This document shows, piece by piece, positions 22,788-31,332 of a stretch of 31,623 bases of DNA. The position numbers and the translations under genes were made by a program. Numbering within the stretch: position 1 is the stretch's first letter; the number at the start of each line of letters is the position of its first letter. The notes under the pieces are model-generated. The model saw nothing but the letters and a program-made list of their open reading frames with translations. It was not told the DNA's origin and searched no databases. The stretch is from an uncultured Planctomycetia bacterium (GTDB lineage Bacteria > Omnitrophota > Gorgyraeia > DAOVKU01): contig CAYUDR010000002.1 in NCBI GenBank assembly GCA_964443705.1, forward strand, positions 1 to 31,623, written 5' to 3'.

Positions 22788-24953
22788 ATGAATTTTAAGA
22801 TAACCGATAAAGCTTTCAAGTTAAATAACAAGGACTTTTTTGTTTATTGCGGTGAAATCCATTATTTTCGCCTGCCCAAAAGAGACTGGGAAAAGCATAT
22901 TATTAAGGCCAAGGAAGCCAATTTAAATTGCATTGCTTCCTATATACCCTGGTCCTGGCATGAATACAAAGAAAGAAAGTTTGATTTTAGAGGAAAGACG
23001 AATGTCTCCCGGGACCTATATGGTTTTTTAAAATTAATTAAAAAACACAATCTTTATTTTATCGCCAGGCCGGGCCCTTATATTCTGGGGGAATTTACAG
23101 ACCAGGGTGTGCCCGGATGGCTGGTTGATAAATATCCTGAGATTATCCAGAGAGATTCAAAAGATAGGCCCATTTCTTCTAAGGTAGCTTCGCTTATGCA
23201 TCCTTTATTTTTAAAATATACACAGAAGTGGTATGACAGAATAATGCCCATCATAAGAGAAAGACAGATAACCAAAGGTGGGCCCATAGTAATGGTTCAG
23301 GCCTGTAATGAAGTTGGGGTGGGCATCTGGATTACAGGAGAAGGGGATTATAATCCCGTTGCTCTCGATTATTTTCACCGTTATCTTAAAGAGGAATATA
23401 AAGACATAAAGAGGCTGAATTCTATTTGCGTAAGCAAATATGATGATTTTAATCAGATAGAACCTCCCAGATTGCCTGCCCAATCAAGACAGGATTTGAT
23501 ACGCTACTATGACTGGCACAAGTTTCATAGAAGATATTATTATTTATATATAAAATTTCTGTACCAGCTCATGTGTAAGAAAAAGATAACAGTCCCCATT
23601 TTTCATAACATTCCGGGTTGGATTTTTGGCAAGGCCAATGACTATCCGGTCTGCGCCACCATGTATAACGAAGTGGCCAAGCTTTACCCAAAAGTATTTC
23701 TGGGCGTTGACCATATCCCCGAAAACCCTTCTTTTAAGAACTTTCACGACGATTTAATAGCCAATCAGGTAGCCAGGGCTATTCACGGAGGAAAAGCTCC
23801 CCTTATGGTAGTTGAGCTTCAAGCCGGCACGCGGGAACACTGCGTCAGAACCTATGCCAACGAACTGGATTTATTTTATAAGGCCTGTCTGGCAGATGGT
23901 ATTACCGGTATGAATTTTTATATGTTTAGCCAGGGCATTAATCCTAAAAGAAGAGGAAGCACAGGCCCTGTTTTTTACTGGGAGACTCCGCTTAACGCCA
24001 GGGCCGAAGAGGGCCTGCTTTATTATAAAATAAAAGATTTAGGACAGTTTATAAAAGAAAATACCACCAAACTTATAAATACCGAAATCAAAAGTGAAGT
24101 GGCTGTGGGTTTTTATCAACCCTATTATCAAACCGAGCTTTTAATACCGGCCCTTGGTCCTTCAAAGATTGACTTAAAAAGCTTTTCCTTAGAATATGAA
24201 CCGAAATTTTTAAGAGACAAAATTTTATTTGATGGCATTTTGAAAATCTTGCGAATTCTCGGGTTTACCCACAATATACTTGATTTGCAGCTGGCGAAAA
24301 AAGAAGAAATGCTTAAATTCAAACAATTATGGGTGGCATCCTGTGATTTTATGGATAAGGATACGCAAAAGAAATTGGTCAATTTTGTAAAAAGCGGGGG
24401 CAGTTTGGTGATAATGCCGACTTTACCTGACAAAGATTTACATTTTTTAGATAGTAAATATATGTATGAAGAGTTTAAGATAAAAAAGAAAAAGACCATT
24501 TATCCGGGGTGCCCCAAAATAGATATACTAAAAGTTAAAGACTTACACTGCGCCTACCCTGTTAATTTATATGAACCCGGTAATGCCAGGATAATAGCTA
24601 AGACGCCCGAAGGTAAAACCTGCGGTCTCAGGAAGAAAATAGGCAAAGGATTTGTTAATCTTATCGGCAGCAGTTTTATTTATGAGAGCCGGGAGAATTT
24701 AGAGGCCTATGAAGAGCTTTTAAAACTTGATTCCGTTAACAAAGAGGTAATTTGTGATAACTCTGACTTAACCGTGATAAAAAGAGATGGAAAAGGATAT
24801 TGTTATTTATTTATTCTAAACTTCCACCCGGTTGAAAAAATAGGCAGGGTCTTTTTTAAAAACCCCCGGACCAAAAAAAGGCAAGCTTTCCCCGCTAAGG
24901 GAAATTTGTGCGTCCACGCTCATTCTGCCATAGTAGTTTATTTGAAGTTTTGA
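22788..24953 (+). CDS. GH35-family glycosidase with GH42-like C-terminal region (beta-galactosidase / GlmA exo-beta-glucosaminidase-like)
   Basis: GEIHYFR, YIPWSWHE, FDFRGKT..SRDL.GFL, RPGPYILGE, GGPIVMVQACNE, ELQAG, GMNFYMF; no signal peptide. Confidence 0.85.
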   Translation: MNFKITDKAFKLNNKDFFVYCGEIHYFRLPKRDWEKHIIKAKEANLNCIASYIPWSWHEYKERKFDFRGKTNVSRDLYGFLKLIKKHNLYFIARPGPYILGEFTDQGVPGWLVDKYPEIIQRDSKDRPISSKVASLMHPLFLKYTQKWYDRIMPIIRERQITKGGPIVMVQACNEVGVGIWITGEGDYNPVALDYFHRYLKEEYKDIKRLNSICVSKYDDFNQIEPPRLPAQSRQDLIRYYDWHKFHRRYYYLYIKFLYQLMCKKKITVPIFHNIPGWIFGKANDYPVCATMYNEVAKLYPKVFLGVDHIPENPSFKNFHDDLIANQVARAIHGGKAPLMVVELQAGTREHCVRTYANELDLFYKACLADGITGMNFYMFSQGINPKRRGSTGPVFYWETPLNARAEEGLLYYKIKDLGQFIKENTTKLINTEIKSEVAVGFYQPYYQTELLIPALGPSKIDLKSFSLEYEPKFLRDKILFDGILKILRILGFTHNILDLQLAKKEEMLKFKQLWVASCDFMDKDTQKKLVNFVKSGGSLVIMPTLPDKDLHFLDSKYMYEEFKIKKKKTIYPGCPKIDILKVKDLHCAYPVNLYEPGNARIIAKTPEGKTCGLRKKIGKGFVNLIGSSFIYESRENLEAYEELLKLDSVNKEVICDNSDLTVIKRDGKGYCYLFILNFHPVEKIGRVFFKNPRTKKRQAFPAKGNLCVHAHSAIVVYLKF

Positions 24954-25076
24954 ATGATCTTTAAAAGAAGAAACATACAGCTCCTGTTTGCCGAAAATCT
25001 TAAAATAATTTCAGTGATCGCCCAAAATAAACATAAGCCGGTATAATTTATTATAAAACCTTCTTTTTTCATGATA

Positions 25077-25105
25077 TTGACGATTTGCCGGCAATGTGGT
25101 ATATT
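25077..25105 (+). promoter_or_regulatory. sigma70-type promoter for the ackA cluster
   Basis: TTGACG(25077-25082)-17-TATATT(25100-25105), with TGn. Confidence 0.75.
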
Positions 25106-25209
25106 GAAAAAAACATATTTTTCGTTTTTATTTTACATTCCCATGCAATTGCAATTCTGTCAGGGGCCCTATAACAGCAAGGCATATTGATTCATTCAGG
25201 AGAGAACAG

Positions 25210-26424
25210 ATGAAGCTTTTAGTTGTTAATTGTGGAAGTTCTTCCATTAAATATCAGTTATTTGAGATGCCTCAAGAGAGGGTTTTGGCTAAGGGTTTAG
25301 TTGAAAGAATAGGTGAGTGTGACAGTCGGTTTGTTTATAATAAAGATTCCAAACAAAAAAAAATAAGCTTGTCCATCAAAAATCATAAGCAAGGGCTTAA
25401 GCTTATCATCAATACCCTAAGCGATAAAAAAATAGGTGTTTTGAAAAACATCGGAGAAATTAAGGCCGTTGGCCATCGGGTTGTTCATGGCGGAGAATCT
25501 TTCAGCAACTCCACAGTGATTACACCCAAAGTTCTTAAAACCATAAAAGAATATATAGACTTAGCCCCCTTGCACAATCCGCCCAATTTAGCTGGCATAG
25601 AAGCAGTCAAAGAATATCTGCCGAAAGCCATTAACGTGGCAGTTTTTGATACCGCTTTTCATCAGACTATTCCTCCGGCAGCTTATCTTTATGCGCTGCC
25701 GTATAATTTTTATAAAAAATATAAAATCAGGCGCTATGGTTTTCATGGTACCTCCCATCGCTATGTTGCCGATCGATTTGCTCAACTGAGCAGAAAACCC
25801 AAAAACAAAATAAGCTGTATTACCATTCATTTGGGCAATGGCTGCAGCATGACGGCTGTTAAGAACGGTGAGTCTATTGATACCAGCATGGGTATGACGC
25901 CATTGGAAGGATTGGTTATGGGCACCAGGAGCGGTGATATAGACCCGGCCATCATTTTTTATTTGTTTAAGAAAAAAATGGCATTAAAAGAAATCAATCA
26001 CATTCTAAATAAAAAAAGCGGTCTTTTGGGTACTTCAGGTATAAGCAATGATATCCGGGATCTTATTAAGGCCGGCAAAAAAGGCAATAAGAGAGCCAAG
26101 CTGGCTCTGGATATTTTTGCCTACCGCGCCAAAAAATACATCGGGGCTTACCTGGCAGTGCTTGGTGAGTGCGATGGCATTGTTTTTACGGGTGGTATCG
26201 GCGAAAATGCCTATCAGGTCAGAGAAGCTATATGCTCAGGGCTTCAATTGCTTGGTATAAAATTAGACAGAAATAAAAACAGGCGTGTTGCAGGCGTTGA
26301 AAGTTTAATCAACAGTAGAGACTCAAAGATAAAAATTTTTGTTATTTCCACTAACGAAGAGATATGCATAGCTCGCGATACATATAAAATGAAACTAAAA
26401 CTTATGAAGCGTAAGCGAACATAA
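25210..26424 (+). CDS. ackA: Acetate kinase
   Basis: LVVNCGSSSIKYQL, VGHRVVHGG, LAPLHNP, VFDTAFHQT, RRYGFHGTSH, HLGNGCS, MGTRSGDIDP, FTGGIGEN, TNEE. Confidence 0.98.
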   Translation: MKLLVVNCGSSSIKYQLFEMPQERVLAKGLVERIGECDSRFVYNKDSKQKKISLSIKNHKQGLKLIINTLSDKKIGVLKNIGEIKAVGHRVVHGGESFSNSTVITPKVLKTIKEYIDLAPLHNPPNLAGIEAVKEYLPKAINVAVFDTAFHQTIPPAAYLYALPYNFYKKYKIRRYGFHGTSHRYVADRFAQLSRKPKNKISCITIHLGNGCSMTAVKNGESIDTSMGMTPLEGLVMGTRSGDIDPAIIFYLFKKKMALKEINHILNKKSGLLGTSGISNDIRDLIKAGKKGNKRAKLALDIFAYRAKKYIGAYLAVLGECDGIVFTGGIGENAYQVREAICSGLQLLGIKLDRNKNRRVAGVESLINSRDSKIKIFVISTNEEICIARDTYKMKLKLMKRKRT

Positions 26425-26441
26425 ACTTATAGCTGAACTTG

Positions 26442-26488
26442 ATCCGCCTCAGGCGGATTTAATTCCGACATATCCGCTTCAGGCGGAT
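26442..26488. repeat. Two REP-like palindromes, family B
   Basis: ATCCGCCT-c-AGGCGGAT plus tail TTAATTC (26442-26465), and ATCCGCTT-c-AGGCGGAT (26472-26488). Confidence 0.8.
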
Positions 26489-26514
26489 GCCGTCATTAAA
26501 GGAGATGGCATAAG

Positions 26515-27750
26515 ATGCAAATTTGTATTTTTGAAGATAAAAAAAGCCCCGGGAAACTTTATCCTTTAACTTATTTAAGAGCCACCTTTGAACTTAAATG
26601 CGGCAGGACCAGTTTGCTTAATAAATTAACCTCATGCTTTAAAAATAAAAAAATTAATCTGTGGGTAAGAAATTGTCTTATTGAGACAATGAAAGAGAAA
26701 TTTAATTATCCTGTCAATGATATCGAGGCCTTAAAAAAGGATGATTTGCTTTTAATTTCTGGACGGCTTTTGGTGAACGAGGAGATGAAATTTGAAGAAA
26801 AGGAAGGTATTTATTATAATGAAGGCGAAAAAGAAGAAGAAAATATCGTTTTTGTCTATGTACAAAAACAAAAATTAAAGAACTTAAAAAATATTGAAGA
26901 TATCCTGGCTTTGAACCTGCCTTCACGGAAAGCTAAAGCCATGCTTATAAAATATCCCTGGGACATTATCAATGAAAATCCCCGGCAGATCGAAGCTGAT
27001 TTTAAAAGACTTGGCAAGTCTAAAGAATTACCTGATTTGGCAACAATAGTGGGAGAGAAAAATAAAATTTATATTGGAAAAAATGTAGAAATTTATCCGC
27101 ATTCAGTGCTTGAGACCGTTTGCGGCCCGATTATCATTGAAGATGGGGCTAAGATTTTTCCTTTTAGCAGAATTGAGGGCCCGGCGGTTATTGGCAGGGA
27201 TAGTCAGATATTTTCGGCCAGGATTAGAAACGGCACAACCATTGGTGAGGCCTGTCGGGTGGGTGGTGAAGTTGAACAAAGTATTATACACGCCTATTCC
27301 AATAAGTATCACGATGGTTTTTTGGGACATAGTTATATTTGCGAGTGGGTTAATTTAGGAGCATTAACTACCACCAGTGACCTTAAGAATGACTATGGAT
27401 CTATTTCTGTCTATATTGAGGGAAAACGCATGGATTCAAAGAATGCCAAAGTAGGTTCTTTTATCGGCGACCATGCCAAGACTTCCATTGGCACCCTTTT
27501 TAATACCGGCAGCGTTGTTGGAATTATGAGCATTGTTGTTGGCAGCGGCGGTGTTTTGCCGAAAACCATTCCATCTTTTTGCTGGTTTTTAAACAGAAAG
27601 CCAACCAAAGGATATGGTTTTAAAGTACTCCTGGATACGGCCGTGAAAGTTACTTCAAGAAGAGGCAAACAATTAACAGAAGCCCAGGTAAAATTATTTG
27701 AGTTTACAAAAAAATTAACAGAAAGAGAAAATTTAGAAAATTATCCCTGA
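26515..27750 (+). CDS. GlmU-like putative sugar nucleotidyltransferase / hexapeptide-repeat acyltransferase
   Basis: N-terminal CIFED...LYPLTYLR..FELKCG; left-handed beta-helix repeats (GPIII, GPAVIG, GTTIG); HDGFLGHSY, EWVNLGALTTTSDLKN, GDHAKTSIG. Confidence 0.85.
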   Translation: MQICIFEDKKSPGKLYPLTYLRATFELKCGRTSLLNKLTSCFKNKKINLWVRNCLIETMKEKFNYPVNDIEALKKDDLLLISGRLLVNEEMKFEEKEGIYYNEGEKEEENIVFVYVQKQKLKNLKNIEDILALNLPSRKAKAMLIKYPWDIINENPRQIEADFKRLGKSKELPDLATIVGEKNKIYIGKNVEIYPHSVLETVCGPIIIEDGAKIFPFSRIEGPAVIGRDSQIFSARIRNGTTIGEACRVGGEVEQSIIHAYSNKYHDGFLGHSYICEWVNLGALTTTSDLKNDYGSISVYIEGKRMDSKNAKVGSFIGDHAKTSIGTLFNTGSVVGIMSIVVGSGGVLPKTIPSFCWFLNRKPTKGYGFKVLLDTAVKVTSRRGKQLTEAQVKLFEFTKKLTERENLENYP

Positions 27751-27808
27751 GGTTTTTTGAAAATTTTAGCATTAGGAATTCAGAGTTTTTTAACAGAGAG
27801 ACAACAAG

Positions 27809-28405
27809 ATGAATGATAGGCAATTTAAGAAAAGAAGGAAGTATTTAGTTGATAAAAAATTTCAGTTAAGATATACCGCCAACACCTTGATATTTATCCT
27901 GATTGCTTTTTTTATCTTTACGGCGGTTTTTTATCAAGTGGGCTTCGTGCCTTTACTTGAAAAATTAAAGAATGTTTATCCGGAGGCACGGCTTTTTATT
28001 ATTTTAAAGGGTGTTTACAAAAATCTGGTTATTGCTTTTTTGTTTCTTCTGGCAGTTACTTTTGCCTTTGCTGTTTTCAGGTCGCATAAAATAGCAGGTC
28101 CGCTTTTTCGCTTAAAGGGTCATATCCACCGGATGAGTAACGGCGATTTTTCAAGCAGGGTTAAATTGAGAAAGAAAGATGAACTAATAGTTCTGGCTGA
28201 TGAAATTAATCTTTTAAGCCAGAACATCAGCCTTTTAATCGAAGAAGCAAGTGGCCTTAATCAAAGAATGCAGTTGGCCACAGATGAGTTGCGCAACAAA
28301 ATTAAAACTAAACCAGGTGAGCACACGTCTTTAGCTGAAACTTTATCACGGCTTGAAACAGAGATAGAACAATTTAGAGAAATTTTAAAGCAGTATAAAA
28401 TATAA
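27809..28405 (+). CDS. Two-TM HAMP-domain membrane protein (truncated MCP-like)
   Basis: RRKYLVDKKFQLRY, two hydrophobic segments, SHKIAGPLFRL...GDFSSRVKLRKKDEL HAMP, short coiled coil. Confidence 0.8.
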   Translation: MNDRQFKKRRKYLVDKKFQLRYTANTLIFILIAFFIFTAVFYQVGFVPLLEKLKNVYPEARLFIILKGVYKNLVIAFLFLLAVTFAFAVFRSHKIAGPLFRLKGHIHRMSNGDFSSRVKLRKKDELIVLADEINLLSQNISLLIEEASGLNQRMQLATDELRNKIKTKPGEHTSLAETLSRLETEIEQFREILKQYKI

Positions 28406-28410
28406 AAACA

Positions 28411-28434
28411 GAATTCAATCCGCCTAAGGCGGAC
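28411..28434. repeat. REP-like palindrome, family B (reverse orientation)
   Basis: GAATTCA plus ATCCGCCT-a-AGGCGGAC. Confidence 0.75.
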
Positions 28435-28468
28435 AGGGATTAAAAATAATATAAAGAAAGGATTAAAA

Positions 28469-29830
28469 ATGAAGCCATTAAAAGTCGGAGTTTCAGGTAT
28501 TAGAGGTATAGTGGGAGAGGCTTTTAGCGCGGAGGTGGCGCTCAAATTTTCTCAAAGTTTTGGAACATTAATGAAAAAAGGCAAAATTATTGTTTCAAGA
28601 GATACAAGGACCTCCGGTTATATGTATAAGGCCCTGGTAAAAGCGGGGCTTCTTTCCACCGGCTGCGCTTGTATAGACCTTGATGTTTGCCCTACTCCCA
28701 CCACACAAATCATGGTTAAGGAGTTAAAGGCAGGCGGCGGAGTTATAGTAACTGCCAGCCATAATCCCATCGCCTATAACGGATTAAAGTTTATTAACTC
28801 TAAAGGTCTATTTTTAAACAGTGCCGAAAGAAAAAGGTTGCTTGATATTTATCACAGGGAGAAATTTACTAAAGTCAAAGCCGACGAGATACACCCTGTT
28901 TCCTATGACAAGAGTGCCGTTGATAGGCATCTTGAACTGGTCTTAAATTTTATAAAACCGGACTTGATTAGAAAAAGACATTTTAAAGTGGCATATGATT
29001 GCTGTAACGGTGCCGGTTCGGTCATAACCCCTAAATTAATGGAGAAATTGAGGGCCAGGACAGTGGCTTTAAATGATGAACCAAGCGGCCTTTTCCCTCA
29101 TTCGCCGGAACCGGTACCTAAAAACCTGGGACAGTTATGCAAAGCTGTCAAACAGAATAAATGTGATATTGGTTTTGCACAGGATCCCGATGCCGACCGG
29201 CTGGCTATCATTGATGAAAAAGGACGCTCCGTAGGAGAAGAATACACTCTTGTTCTGGCGGTAAAATTTATTTTAAGGAAAAATCCGGGCGGTGTGATAG
29301 TAACTAATCTTTCTACTACCCGTGCCATAGATGATGTGGCCAGACAATTCGGCGCTAAGGTCATCAGGACCAAAGTGGGTGAGATAAACGTGGTTGAGAA
29401 GCTCATAGAAAACAAAGGCCTTATCGGCGGAGAGGGCAATGGGGGAGTTATTTTGCCTGTTATACTTCCCTGTCGTGATAGCATTGCTGCTATTATGATT
29501 GTTCTTGAATATATGGCCAAAGAAAGAAAGAAGCTATCTGAGATTTTAGCTGATATTCCTAGGTATGAAATAATAAAGAAAGCTATTGATTGCTCTTCTG
29601 AGGAAGCCCGGATGGTAATAAGGGAATTTGAGGAGAAATACAGCTCTGAGAAAATAAATACCCTCGACGGCATAAAAATAGACTTTAAAGATACCTGGGT
29701 GCATATCCGCCCATCAAACACAGAGTCCATTATGCGTATTATTGTTGAAGCCAAAACTTTCACCAAAGCTCAAAGATTAATTAACAGGATGATAAGAGAA
29801 ATTAATGAAATAAGACGACTGGCAGCCTGA
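28469..29830 (+). CDS. Phosphohexomutase (phosphoglucosamine mutase / phosphomannomutase family)
   Basis: SGIRG, TASHNP (phospho-Ser), DPDADR (metal loop), GGEGNGG, RPSNTE. Substrate cannot be resolved by eye, so no symbol is given. Confidence 0.93.
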   Translation: MKPLKVGVSGIRGIVGEAFSAEVALKFSQSFGTLMKKGKIIVSRDTRTSGYMYKALVKAGLLSTGCACIDLDVCPTPTTQIMVKELKAGGGVIVTASHNPIAYNGLKFINSKGLFLNSAERKRLLDIYHREKFTKVKADEIHPVSYDKSAVDRHLELVLNFIKPDLIRKRHFKVAYDCCNGAGSVITPKLMEKLRARTVALNDEPSGLFPHSPEPVPKNLGQLCKAVKQNKCDIGFAQDPDADRLAIIDEKGRSVGEEYTLVLAVKFILRKNPGGVIVTNLSTTRAIDDVARQFGAKVIRTKVGEINVVEKLIENKGLIGGEGNGGVILPVILPCRDSIAAIMIVLEYMAKERKKLSEILADIPRYEIIKKAIDCSSEEARMVIREFEEKYSSEKINTLDGIKIDFKDTWVHIRPSNTESIMRIIVEAKTFTKAQRLINRMIREINEIRRLAA

Positions 29831-29855
29831 CTGTGCGAGGTTAAGCCTCGCACAG
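29831..29855. repeat. REP-like palindrome, family A
   Basis: CTGTGCGAGG-ttaag-CCTCGCACAG immediately after the stop codon. Confidence 0.8.
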
Positions 29856-29866
29856 TTAACCAAGCT

Positions 29867-29906
29867 AACCTGTTCCGCCTGCGCGGTGGAACAGGTTTTT
29901 CTTTTT
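29867..29906 (+). terminator. Intrinsic terminator
   Basis: AACCTGTTCC...GGAACAGGTT followed by TTTCTTTTT. Confidence 0.8.
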
Positions 29907-29915
29907 GTGCGTATG

Positions 29916-29938
29916 TGTGCGAGGTTAAGCCTCGCACA
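29916..29938. repeat. REP-like palindrome, family A
   Basis: TGTGCGAGG-ttaag-CCTCGCACA. Confidence 0.8.
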
Positions 29939-29945
29939 TTTGATG

Positions 29946-29974
29946 TTGACAAAAGATGTTTAGGGCGATATACT
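29946..29974 (+). promoter_or_regulatory. sigma70-type promoter
   Basis: TTGACA(29946-29951)-17-TATACT(29969-29974). Confidence 0.85.
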
Positions 29975-30014
29975 GTCGGTATTATACTGGTATGTTTATA
30001 CTATAGGGATTGAG

Positions 30015-31169
30015 ATGACTAAGAAAAAACCAAAAGTGGATAAATCTAAAGCAATTTTTTTGTATCGTCAATTTGCTGACATTTTGCGCAAAGAAATTTT
30101 AAGCGGCCGGTACAAGCCCGGCGAATATATTCCTTCCGAACGCCAGTTAAGCCAAGCCCATAGCATTAATCGCATTACCGTCAGACGAGGCCTTGCCCAA
30201 TTAATTAAGGAAGGATTTTTATATTCAGTGCCCGGAACAGGAACCTTTGTTCCGGAAGCAAAGGGTATACAACAAGCCATAGAGAGAAAAAAGAGCTTCA
30301 AGAGATTGGCTAAAAAGAAAAATATAAACTGCATACTAAGATGCTGCTATCCCGCCAACCGATCTCCTATCTTCTTAAGTCCGTATTATATGGATATTTT
30401 TGCTATGCTTCAAAAAGAATCTTCCCGATTAGGCTATAATGTCTCTTTTAATTTTATTATCTCTTTAAAAGAAGAAAAGGAAACCGCCCGTACTATTTTA
30501 GAGACAAATAGCGACGGCATTATCCTAATAGGCAACATGGAAAAAAATTTTATACTAAGTTTGTATAATAAAAAAATTCCCTTGATGTTGGTAGACAATT
30601 ATCTTGATAAACCAAATATATCTTCAGTCATGCCTGATAATAAAAAGGGTGCTTATATGGCTGTTAAATATTTGATTGGCTTAGGACACAGAAAAATAGG
30701 TTTTATTTCAGCTCCGCTTGATCAACCAGCTGCCACCGAACGCCTTGAAGGATATAGCCAAGCCTTAAAGGAAGCCGGGATTAAATTTGACGAAAATTTA
30801 ATTGTCGAAAACTGTTTTCTGGTGGAAGATGGATATAGGGCTATGGAGAAATTCTTGAAGAAAAAAGCATTGCCGACAGCCATTTTTGCTATAAATGACG
30901 AAACCGCCATAGGGGCCATAAAAGCTATTAGAGAAAAAAGCAAACTCCTGATTCCGCGAGATATTTCCGTTGTAGGCTTTGACGATATAGAGTGGGCATC
31001 TTATTCCTGTCCCCCCTTAACCACCGTAAAAGTCCATAAGGAAGAAATGGGTGCCATTGCCGTGAGAAAACTGGCTGAGCTTTTAAAAGGAGAAACCAGT
31101 CTTCCCACCAAAACAATTGTTCCGGTTGAGCTTATTATTCGTCAATCCTGCCATAAGCCTCGTCGATAG
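30015..31169 (+). CDS. AraR-like regulator (GntR winged HTH plus LacI-type sugar-binding domain)
   Basis: LYRQFADILRKEI..G.YKPGEYIPSERQL...NRITVRRGL..L..EG......G.GTFV; C-terminal IPRDISVVGFDD and PPLTTV. Confidence 0.93.
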   Translation: MTKKKPKVDKSKAIFLYRQFADILRKEILSGRYKPGEYIPSERQLSQAHSINRITVRRGLAQLIKEGFLYSVPGTGTFVPEAKGIQQAIERKKSFKRLAKKKNINCILRCCYPANRSPIFLSPYYMDIFAMLQKESSRLGYNVSFNFIISLKEEKETARTILETNSDGIILIGNMEKNFILSLYNKKIPLMLVDNYLDKPNISSVMPDNKKGAYMAVKYLIGLGHRKIGFISAPLDQPAATERLEGYSQALKEAGIKFDENLIVENCFLVEDGYRAMEKFLKKKALPTAIFAINDETAIGAIKAIREKSKLLIPRDISVVGFDDIEWASYSCPPLTTVKVHKEEMGAIAVRKLAELLKGETSLPTKTIVPVELIIRQSCHKPRR

Positions 31170-31236
31170 AAAACTATAAATATAAAACAAGCTTAATCAA
31201 ACAAAAAGTTACCTGTAAAAAGACAAAAAAACACTC

Positions 31237-31265
31237 TTGACAATTGTCGAGATATTTGGTAAACT
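31237..31265 (+). promoter_or_regulatory. sigma70-type promoter
   Basis: TTGACA(31237-31242)-17-TAAACT(31260-31265), with TGn. Confidence 0.75.
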
Positions 31266-31267
31266 AC

Positions 31268-31295
31268 AAATGTCCTCATATAAGGACATTTTTTT
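31268..31295. promoter_or_regulatory. Perfect 9-bp inverted repeat (operator and/or weak terminator)
   Basis: AAATGTCCT-catata-AGGACATTT followed by a T-run, directly after the -10. Confidence 0.55.
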
Positions 31296-31332
31296 ATAAT
31301 AAATTCTCAAAACGTGGCAATGAAGATATATA

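Noticed and set aside
24938-25072. 44-aa - strand ORF between GH35 and ackA
   Set aside because: It overlaps the GH35 3' end, has no clear RBS and shows no recognisable motif.
25106-25209. Possible riboswitch or structured leader upstream of ackA
   Set aside because: Only short weak pairings (CTGT/ACAG, TGCAATTGCA) and no motif I recognise.
28469-29830. Assigning glmM, or glmU to the gene at 26515
   Set aside because: The family is clear, but substrate specificity cannot be determined from motifs by eye, so symbols are withheld.
26442-29938. CRISPR array or MITE interpretation of the repeated palindromes
   Set aside because: There is no regular repeat-spacer periodicity, no cas genes, no terminal inverted repeats with target-site duplications, and no transposase.
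69-31116. Many short ORF-track entries on the - strand or in alternate + frames (e.g. 680-973, 8498-8905, 9641-9994, 20462-20833, 24128-24499, 29098-29766)
   Set aside because: They lie inside well-supported genes, have no RBS or recognisable motifs, and look like shadow ORFs.
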